Source of the DNA: Candidatus Hermodarchaeota archaeon
Lineage (GTDB): Archaea; Asgardarchaeota; Hermodarchaeia; Hermodarchaeales; Hermodarchaeaceae
Direction: 5' to 3'
DNA: 24,566 nt
Assembly (NCBI GenBank): GCA_016839365.1
Contig: JAEOUH010000046.1
Location: 1-24,566, forward strand
This document shows, piece after piece, positions 18,034 to 24,566 of the stretch; the first letter of the stretch is position 1; the number at the start of each line of letters is the position of its first letter. The notes beneath the pieces were generated by a model that worked only from the letters and a program-made list of their open reading frames with translations, had not been told where the DNA came from and made no database searches. Position numbers and translations under genes: made by a program.

Positions 18034-19940
18034 TGGCGATACGCCGGGGACCTACTGCATTGGCTGGAGAGAAATTCAAACGCAGTCGACCCCTCCGACG
18101 TCTCCTAGCTGCACAATTCGGTTATCTTGGACGGTTCAAAAAAACCATTGTAATTGCAACAATCTTTGCCATCATTGCCACCATATTTTCTGCAATCGAC
18201 CCCATATTCTTGGCGACTGGAATTAACCTCGTCCTCGTCCCAGGGGCCCCCTTGGGTGCGATTTTGTTCTTAGGAATAATCTACGTGGTTTTACGGGGTG
18301 CTAGCTGGCTTTTGAGTTCATCATATACGTGGCTACTATCGGGGGCGCAAGCAGGTTACATTCGTTCTCTGCAACAAGATATTTACAGAAAACTTGTTCA
18401 CACTGATTTGTCTTATTATCGCGCAAAACAGAGTGGGGAGATTACATCACGGGTGACAACAGATACGGATAATCTTGCTGTCGGAATTCAGATTATAATC
18501 GATTTCGCTAGTCAGATGCTCTTATTGGTTGCTACCTTTATGATCATGTGGTTGGTAAACCCGTTAATCGCACTTACTTCACTTGTCGTTGTTCCGGTTG
18601 TTATCATTATTGTTGTGCTTTTTGGTACCGTTGGACAGCGCACAATGCTTGCCTCGCAGAGGGCAATCGGCCTTGTCTCCGGGCAAGTTGCAGAAAATCT
18701 CAGCGGAATTCACATTGCAAAGGCCTTTAATCGAGAAGATGAAACCGCCGCGACTCTGAGTAAATTGAACCAAGAATCATATCGGTATGGGTTCAAGTTC
18801 ATGATGCTCATGACGCTCATGCAGCCCATGGTCCGAGCAACTGGCATTGCAGCGGTAGCGGCTGTGCTATTTGTTGGAGGAAGCCTCGCGATTGGTACGA
18901 CACCGCTCCTTACCCTTGGAGAGGTATTTCTGGGAGTGATTCTTGTTCAACGATTCTTGTGGCCCCTTCTTACTCTGAGTATGATGGCCACCCAATTCCA
19001 AGCCTCCCTTGCATCGATGGATCGGGTTCTTGACATTCTCGAAGCTAAGCCATCAATCCAAGACACCGAGACTGCCGTTCCACTGCAGGCAAGCAGCGAT
19101 GGAATCAGCTTTGATAATGTCACTTTTAGCTATATTCAAGGAGCTGAGGTATTGGAGGATGTCAATTTCACTGTTTACCCAGGTGAGTTGGTCGCTATTG
19201 TGGGGCATACTGGAGCAGGTAAGACCACGATTGCCGCCCTCATTAACCGGTTCTATGACCCTGAGAAAGGGAGCATCCGGATTGGTGAACAAGATCTGCG
19301 CTCAATTACCTTGGAATCGCTTCATGAGAATGTGGCTCTGATTGCCCAAGAGCCCTATCTGTTTGATGACACGGTGATGGAAAACATCCGGTATGGACGA
19401 CCTGAGGCCACCAACGAGGAGATCCTCGAACTATCTCGGCTAATTGGTGCACACGAATTCATAGAAGTTCTTCCTCAAGGATATGAGACTAAGCTCTCTG
19501 AGGGAGGGAAGAACCTGAGTGCCGGACAAGTTCAGATGATTTCCATTGCTCGGACCATGTTAGCAAATCCAAAAATTCTCATTTTAGATGAAGCTACCAG
19601 CCGATTAGACGCCTACTCGGAATCCTTAGTACAGACCGCCCAAGAACAGCTGTTTTCGAACAGAACCACTATCGTCATTGCCCATCGGCTAACCACAATT
19701 GCCAACGCCTCACGCCTACTCGTATTTGAAAATGGTAGAATCATTGAACAGGGTACTCATGAAGAGCTCCTTGCGATGAGAGGCCACTACAAGGCCCTCT
19801 ATGACACCTACTACGCCCACCAAACAGCAGAAGAAATCTCCGAAGAAGCCCTCAAAATTGCCCAAGAAGAATTAGCAAAAGAAGAACCACCCAAACCCCC
19901 GCTAGGACCCAGTATGAAGAAAGATAAGAATGGTGGATAG
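18033..19940 (+). CDS. ABC exporter TMD-NBD half, partner subunit
   Basis: GHTGAGKT, degenerate signature LSAGQ, LILDEA and AHR. TAATG stop/start overlap with the preceding gene. Confidence 0.93.
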   Translation: MAIRRGPTALAGEKFKRSRPLRRLLAAQFGYLGRFKKTIVIATIFAIIATIFSAIDPIFLATGINLVLVPGAPLGAILFLGIIYVVLRGASWLLSSSYTWLLSGAQAGYIRSLQQDIYRKLVHTDLSYYRAKQSGEITSRVTTDTDNLAVGIQIIIDFASQMLLLVATFMIMWLVNPLIALTSLVVVPVVIIIVVLFGTVGQRTMLASQRAIGLVSGQVAENLSGIHIAKAFNREDETAATLSKLNQESYRYGFKFMMLMTLMQPMVRATGIAAVAAVLFVGGSLAIGTTPLLTLGEVFLGVILVQRFLWPLLTLSMMATQFQASLASMDRVLDILEAKPSIQDTETAVPLQASSDGISFDNVTFSYIQGAEVLEDVNFTVYPGELVAIVGHTGAGKTTIAALINRFYDPEKGSIRIGEQDLRSITLESLHENVALIAQEPYLFDDTVMENIRYGRPEATNEEILELSRLIGAHEFIEVLPQGYETKLSEGGKNLSAGQVQMISIARTMLANPKILILDEATSRLDAYSESLVQTAQEQLFSNRTTIVIAHRLTTIANASRLLVFENGRIIEQGTHEELLAMRGHYKALYDTYYAHQTAEEISEEALKIAQEELAKEEPPKPPLGPSMKKDKNGG

Positions 19941-19984
19941 CAGGATACCATTTGGGCATTCTCAATAGGTGTGTCCACTTCTTT

Positions 19985-20016
19985 GAAAAGAGAGAAAGCC
20001 GACCCCGGTGGTCGGC
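19985..20016 (-). terminator. GC hairpin plus T-rich tail terminating the minus-strand genes
   Basis: GCCGACC (19998-20004) pairs with GGTCGGC (20010-20016); TTTCTCTCTTTTC follows on the minus strand. Confidence 0.6.
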
Positions 20017-20038
20017 ATTACTTCGTCGAAGCTTCTTT

Positions 20039-20521
20039 TTACATATAACTGCTGATCAGCCAATTACCGATACTGGTGACGATTACATTGATACCGATGA
20101 AGACGATGAGCCAACCGCAAAATGTTGCAAACGCCGTGACTGGGAGATAATTCAGGCTGTACGCGTATGCAGCCCAGGTAATACCAGCACTCGAAATGAT
20201 ACCGCCGATTGATTCGATTTGGCGTCGATATGAATCGCGAAAGACTACTCGAAGGACTAGTACGATGATGTTAATGATGATGGTTCCAAGGAAGAAGAGA
20301 TACATCGCATTGTAAACAATGATATGTGCTGCTGGTGTTGCTGGTGCCCACCACCAAATCCCAGGAGTTACCTGGGTCCACACCATATCGAAAAGGAAGT
20401 TAATGATCGACGGGAATAGCGTTGGAATGGCAACTATGAGCCCTGCCAGTAGGATGAGGATGAAACCAAAAGTAACTATGCCAAAAACATCTGGATCTTC
20501 ACGCTTTCTTCTACTCAACAC
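20039..20521 (-). CDS. Hypothetical membrane protein (about 4 TM)
   Basis: 160-aa hydrophobic ORF with an AGGAGGT SD, 12 nt after the zinc-ribbon gene. Confidence 0.82.
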   Translation of the reverse strand: MLSRRKREDPDVFGIVTFGFILILLAGLIVAIPTLFPSIINFLFDMVWTQVTPGIWWWAPATPAAHIIVYNAMYLFFLGTIIINIIVLVLRVVFRDSYRRQIESIGGIISSAGITWAAYAYSLNYLPVTAFATFCGWLIVFIGINVIVTSIGNWLISSYM

Positions 20522-20533
20522 AATTACCTCCTA

Positions 20534-20866
20534 CTATGCAACCTCCGTCCTTACACGACGTTTTCGTCGTATCGCGTTCAACGCGAAGAGTATGAGGATG
20601 ACTCCGACAGCAATAGCAACAATTGGGCCGATAACAAACCAAATGGGGATTTGGTAGACTAATGCTAATCCTAGAACGACAATGACGATGCCGAACAGGA
20701 TTCCAAAGATGGCGCCTCCACCGGTAACACCGAAGCACTCTTCTTCAGCTCGCGTACCGACACGCTCCCTCCAGTGACGTTTTAAGGGAGCTAAAGGAGT
20801 ACCGCACTTTTTGCAGAAGTCTGCCTCATCGGCGTTTTCGGTACCGCATTTCTGGCAATACACCAC
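20534..20866 (-). CDS. Zinc-ribbon (CxxC...CxxCG) protein with 2 TM helices (copy 1)
   Basis: YCQKCGTENADEADFCKKCG, EEECFGVTGGGAIFG, two TM helices and a basic tail. Likely start is GTG 20866 after GAGGTG. Confidence 0.87.
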   Translation of the reverse strand: MVYCQKCGTENADEADFCKKCGTPLAPLKRHWRERVGTRAEEECFGVTGGGAIFGILFGIVIVVLGLALVYQIPIWFVIGPIVAIAVGVILILFALNAIRRKRRVRTEVA

Positions 20867-20951
20867 GAGAAACACCTCACCCAGCAGTAGCAACCTTAAA
20901 CTTCTTAAGACTTTGGGGAACCCGCAATCTCTCTAAAAACGAAAAACCTGT

Positions 20952-20971
20952 GAAAGAGAAGTTTTTATTAA
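20952..20971 (+). promoter_or_regulatory. Putative BRE-TATA promoter for the intergenic RNA
   Basis: Purine-rich GAAAGAGAA followed by TTTTTATTAA, about 25 nt upstream of GGGGACC at 20996. Confidence 0.55.
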
Positions 20972-20995
20972 CCTAACCACTAGGACTAAATTGTT

Positions 20996-21131
20996 GGGGA
21001 CCGGAACAAAAATTCGGACCGGGGTGGCAAATATTCAGGCACCACTTACTCCCCTAGAAACCATTCCCTCTCCCCTCCAATTGTGTCCTTTTTGTGGGGC
21101 CTGGATTGCCATTACCCCGGTCTTCCCTTTT
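20996..21131 (+). ncRNA. Candidate structured small ncRNA of unknown family
   Basis: 21017-21045 pairs with 21094-21122 (25 bp, two 3-nt bulges, one mismatch, and a G-U pair that favours the + strand). 48-nt C/U-rich loop, upstream TATA, downstream TTCCCTTTT. Confidence 0.6.
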
Positions 21132-21212
21132 CCTTAGCATAGCGGTTGGACCAAAGGGTTTTATTTTCTGATTTGGGATAGCGGATGCACGATTCGTAGG
21201 GTTTGTGTTGTT

Positions 21213-22631
21213 GTGAGAATCCTGTTTGTTGAGCCTCCTAAGAAGCCATGGTTTGTGATGGGCGAATATTTGCCACCACCTTTGGGATTACTATGTTTAG
21301 CAGCTTACGTGGAAGCGAACCTACCTGGTGTTGAGATCCAAGTGATGGATTGTCAGGCAGAGCAAGCAGGGTGGGAGGAGGTCGAGCATCGGATTCGGGA
21401 GTATGGTCCAGATATTATAGCTCCCAGTACGGTGTCGACGTGTAATGCCAATATTGTCCTTCGCGTGGCAAGTCTTGCGAAGAAGGTGGATGAAGATATT
21501 GTGACGATTGCAGGGGGTCAGCATTTTTCGGTACTGGCTCAGACAGTGTTAGAGACATACCCCCAACTGGATTTCATTGTTCGAGGTGAAGGGGAGCAAA
21601 CCCTGTTCGAACTTGTGCGCGTAATAGATACCAGTAGAAGTTTTCAGGGGATTGATGGGATCTCTTTTCGGAAGAAGGGTCAGGTGATCCATACGCCAAA
21701 CCGGTCGATGATTCAGAATTTAGATAGCCTCCCATTTCCAGGATATCATTTTGTCCGAGAGCATATGGAGAAGTATCGGTTTCCAGCAGGCAAGGATTTG
21801 CCTTATGCGTTGGTGGAAGGGAGTCGGGGGTGTGCGCATGCGTGTTCGTTTTGTGGGCAGTGGCGATATTGGGGACGCTGTCGGCGTAAATCCCCTGAAC
21901 GAGTGGCAGATGAGTTCGAGTATTTGTATCGAGAGTTTGGGAGTCGGTTTCTGTGGCTAGTTGATGATTTCATTCAATTGGATGAGTGGATGGCTAGACT
22001 GTGTGATGAGCTGATTGATCGGGGAATTACTGAAGAGTTGATGTGGTTCTTTCAGACTCGTGCTGATGAGATCATTTCAGGGAAGGAGCTGCTTCCGAAG
22101 CTTCGAAAGACCGGGCTCAAATGGATTATGACAGGATTAGAGAGCCACAATGAGGAGGTACTTGTGCAGTATCACAAAGGCATTGATGTGGCCATGGGGA
22201 AGAACGCCATCGACCTATTACGGGAAAATGACATCCTCTCGCAGACAACGGCAATTATTGGACACCGTCAAGAATCATACGAATCGATTGAGATGTTTCG
22301 AGAGTGGATTGATGAAGTGGACCCGGATATCGCGGTGTTCATGACAATGACGCCATTTCCCGGGACTCCGTTGTATGAGGAGGCGCTGAAGAATGGGTGG
22401 ATGGCGGATCCGCGTTGGAGTCAATTTGATATGGTTCATGCTATTATGCCCACTGAGCATTTGACTCGGGAACAGGTGCAAAAGGAGCTTTACGCCACGT
22501 ACCGCAACTTCTACGGTTGGCGACGGCGGATTGGTGGGACATTATCGATTAATGAAGTAAAGCGTGCTTACTACCGGCACATGATGTGGAAAGGGTTTCT
22601 AGGCACGTTGAAGGGACTCAAACGATTATGA
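21213..22631 (+). CDS. Cobalamin-binding radical SAM protein (class B / BchE-like)
   Basis: B12-binding domain (PPLGLLCLAAY, GGQH, VRGEGE), SRGCAHACSFC, GLES and TPFPGTPLY. TTTTATTTT at 21159-21167 is a possible separate promoter. Confidence 0.92.
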   Translation: MRILFVEPPKKPWFVMGEYLPPPLGLLCLAAYVEANLPGVEIQVMDCQAEQAGWEEVEHRIREYGPDIIAPSTVSTCNANIVLRVASLAKKVDEDIVTIAGGQHFSVLAQTVLETYPQLDFIVRGEGEQTLFELVRVIDTSRSFQGIDGISFRKKGQVIHTPNRSMIQNLDSLPFPGYHFVREHMEKYRFPAGKDLPYALVEGSRGCAHACSFCGQWRYWGRCRRKSPERVADEFEYLYREFGSRFLWLVDDFIQLDEWMARLCDELIDRGITEELMWFFQTRADEIISGKELLPKLRKTGLKWIMTGLESHNEEVLVQYHKGIDVAMGKNAIDLLRENDILSQTTAIIGHRQESYESIEMFREWIDEVDPDIAVFMTMTPFPGTPLYEEALKNGWMADPRWSQFDMVHAIMPTEHLTREQVQKELYATYRNFYGWRRRIGGTLSINEVKRAYYRHMMWKGFLGTLKGLKRL

Positions 22632-23371
22632 CGGCACGTAGACAAGGGTCAAGTTATACGCTTATCTCTCTGGCGTTATCCTTAGTAGGATTAGGCTTGC
22701 TGCCATTTTTAGTGTTGACAGCGACTCCATCCCTCGGTATTCCTTGGCAAAATCAGCTTATTGGCATCAGCTTTGCTGTTATCTGTATACTGGGTATCAT
22801 TGCGGGAGTTTCACCGTCACACTGCTCATGTCGTTCGAAAGCGAAGGAACCTCCAGTAGTAAAAACAGCGAGTAGAGAGCTGTCCAAAGATTCTACTATT
22901 CAGATACGAAAAGAAGGACATCATCCCACATGCGACCAGTATCACGGTCATGTCCTACAAATTCGTAATCGTGTCTTATGTGCTGGATGCACAGGATTGG
23001 TTACAGGCGCTGTGCTTGCATTAATTGGCACTATTTTATTTTTCTTCATGAATTTTCGGTTCATATTGCCCGATATTGTTTTCGGTATTGGGTTTGTGCT
23101 GGTGACATTAGGGTTAATTCAACACTCAGTTTATCGTTTGGTATCGGTAGAGCGTGGAGAGGTTCGGATTCTAGTGAATGTATTATTCGTCTTTGGGGCA
23201 TTCCTGCTCCTCGCTAGTGTCGTGCAATTGACCAATAGCCTCGTTGTTAGCGGATACCTGCTAATTCTCACTCTCTATTGGATATTCACACGGATAGTCA
23301 TGTCTCGTTCGTCGCATCAACGCATATGTAGACGATGCAAGGTGGCAGATTGCCCTTTGTCAGATGGCTAG
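22628..23371 (+). CDS. Cys/His-rich multi-pass membrane protein
   Basis: ATG 22628 overlaps the radical SAM stop (ATGA). About 6 TM helices. Motifs SHCSC, GHHPTC..YHGH, LCAGCTG and HQRICRRC..DC. Confidence 0.82.
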   Translation: MTARRQGSSYTLISLALSLVGLGLLPFLVLTATPSLGIPWQNQLIGISFAVICILGIIAGVSPSHCSCRSKAKEPPVVKTASRELSKDSTIQIRKEGHHPTCDQYHGHVLQIRNRVLCAGCTGLVTGAVLALIGTILFFFMNFRFILPDIVFGIGFVLVTLGLIQHSVYRLVSVERGEVRILVNVLFVFGAFLLLASVVQLTNSLVVSGYLLILTLYWIFTRIVMSRSSHQRICRRCKVADCPLSDG

Positions 23372-23375
23372 TGGA

Positions 23376-23708
23376 TCATGAGGTTTGTCTTCGGCGGATT
23401 GAATAAACCGCACCAGCAACAATCAATACTCCAACAGTGACCAGGATAATGGGCCAGAAGTAGTCCCAGATATTCCATCCGAGAAGCGCTCCGACTGCCC
23501 AGAGGATAATGATAATCCCAATGAATAGACCACAGATTGCTCCGCCATATGGAAGCCCGAAGCATTCATCCTCTTCGGAGCCGTAGCAGTCTTTGTCTTC
23601 TGCAGGAGCTTTTGGTTTTACAGCTTTGCCAGCAAGGTGGACACCGCAGCGAGCACAAAACTCTGCATCACGTTCGTTTTCATAACCACAGGCATCACAG
23701 GTTTTCAT
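23376..23708 (-). CDS. Zinc-ribbon protein with 2 TM helices (copy 2)
   Basis: CDACGYENERDAEFCARCG, EEDECFGLPYGGAICG, two TM helices and an RRRQ tail. AGGAGG SD. Confidence 0.88.
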   Translation of the reverse strand: MKTCDACGYENERDAEFCARCGVHLAGKAVKPKAPAEDKDCYGSEEDECFGLPYGGAICGLFIGIIIILWAVGALLGWNIWDYFWPIILVTVGVLIVAGAVYSIRRRQTS

Positions 23709-23787
23709 GAGAAGCCTCCTTGCACTACAATCAGGGTTTAACCTCTTAAAATTTCAGGTCAGCCCGTTTCTTTCCGAAAAATAAAGG

Positions 23788-24303
23788 TTAGGCGTAAAAT
23801 CCGGGTTGCTGTGGTTGCTCAGTTGGCATTCCAAAATGGTGCCCAAAGGTCCAGATGACAAAAAGCATGCTTCGGAACACATCGTCGATGGCTTCGAGGA
23901 GCGTGGTTTTGGACAAATTGTCATCAAGTAAACGAACCTGAAACTGTACAGCATCCCAGACGCCCTCATTTTCCTTGACCGAAAAGCCCGGCCGTCGAGA
24001 CAGAAGCTGGAGTTTAAGATCGTGAGTGAGTGGCTTTCGTTTCTCCGGTGAAAGCTTCGAAAGAGCAGTCTTGTGGGAGGGGGCGACGCGTAAGATCGAG
24101 ACGATTAGAACGCCATCTTTCATATCACGGGGTTTAACTATTTCAATATGATAAGGGGAGCCGACTGGGTAGTTAATGCCGAAATGGAAACCGGCCTTGG
24201 GATCATCAACTTCCTTGCGAAACATACCTTCCTCAGCTAGCCAATCATAGATTTTTTGTTTCCATTTGGCTGCGTCGTTTGTTAGTTTCGCTGATTTTGA
24301 CAT
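23788..24303 (-). CDS. DUF2299-like archaeal protein
   Basis: KIYDWLAEEG...DDPKAGFHFGINYP...IVKP pattern recalled for DUF2299; 171 aa. GGAAGG upstream. Confidence 0.75.
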   Translation of the reverse strand: MSKSAKLTNDAAKWKQKIYDWLAEEGMFRKEVDDPKAGFHFGINYPVGSPYHIEIVKPRDMKDGVLIVSILRVAPSHKTALSKLSPEKRKPLTHDLKLQLLSRRPGFSVKENEGVWDAVQFQVRLLDDNLSKTTLLEAIDDVFRSMLFVIWTFGHHFGMPTEQPQQPGFYA

Positions 24304-24440
24304 GATTATCCCTTCCAGGCAGTGTTCGCTGAGTTCATCAAGTAAGAGTAAATAAGAACTTTCTTATCATTGGTTCGGTCCAATCTTTACTACCTAAAAA
24401 CTACTCTCCCTATCAAACAGACTTTGAAAAGAATGCAAGT

Positions 24441-24566
24441 TTAGACCAGGAGGCGGATTCGGGCTGGTCGATTTGGATTAATCTCGGCGACTTCAACGTA
24501 GGCTAGAACCGCAGCGAACTGGCTGGCGGAGCTAGCCCCGGTTGTATGTGGGCGTACTACAGCGGC
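24441..24566 (-). CDS. C-terminal fragment of an unidentified protein (enters from the right edge)
   Basis: Open frame AAVVRPHTTGASSASQFAAVLAYVEVAEINPNRPARIRLLV* ending at TAA 24441-24443. Confidence 0.5.
   Translation of the reverse strand, partial: AAVVRPHTTGASSASQFAAVLAYVEVAEINPNRPARIRLLV

Noticed and set aside
16243-19940. Degenerate ABC motifs as a novelty or sign of pseudogenisation
   Set aside because: One degenerate and one consensus site is the standard design of heterodimeric exporters (TM287/288, TmrAB type).
19952-20212. 86-aa plus-strand ORF and the other short antisense or alternate-frame ORFs in the track
   Set aside because: They are shadows of well-supported genes; this one also crosses a terminator hairpin.
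20990-21210. Canonical cobalamin riboswitch or SRP RNA
   Set aside because: There is no B12-box or GCCACTG-type motif, no SRP helix-8 GGAA/AGCA motif, and it is too short for an archaeal SRP RNA.
1-24566. CRISPR arrays, IS elements, integrases, rRNA
   Set aside because: No periodic repeats, transposase or integrase motifs, or rRNA-like sequence were seen.

Overview
Archaeal chromosomal window. Markers are nurA-herA-mre11, a DUF2299-like gene, a VIT1/TIGR00267-like gene, RAD55/KaiC-like genes and TATA-type promoters; an Asgard- or Bathyarchaeia-like lineage is only an inference. Left to right: the 5' end of mre11 with herA and nurA; two tandem paralogous small membrane proteins; a PqqD/RRE-like radical SAM-SPASM enzyme with a SAM methyltransferase; a VIT1-like protein and a PHP phosphatase. 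Next, two paralogous KaiC/RAD55-like proteins, both lacking the Walker A lysine, bracket a four-gene catabolic cassette (TDH-like SDR, 3-hydroxyacyl-CoA dehydrogenase, ThDP enzyme, MFS). Then come MscS, a truncated and frameshifted corA remnant, and a heterodimeric ABC exporter. Finally, two paralogous zinc-ribbon membrane proteins bracket a B12-radical SAM gene coupled to a Cys/His-rich membrane protein, followed by DUF2299. The most striking unexplained element is a candidate ~135-nt ncRNA at about 20996-21131. It has its own TATA box, a 25-bp bulged stem, a 48-nt C/U-rich loop with anti-Shine-Dalgarno-like repeats, and a pyrimidine tail. No CRISPR array, transposase, rRNA or canonical tRNA was seen.
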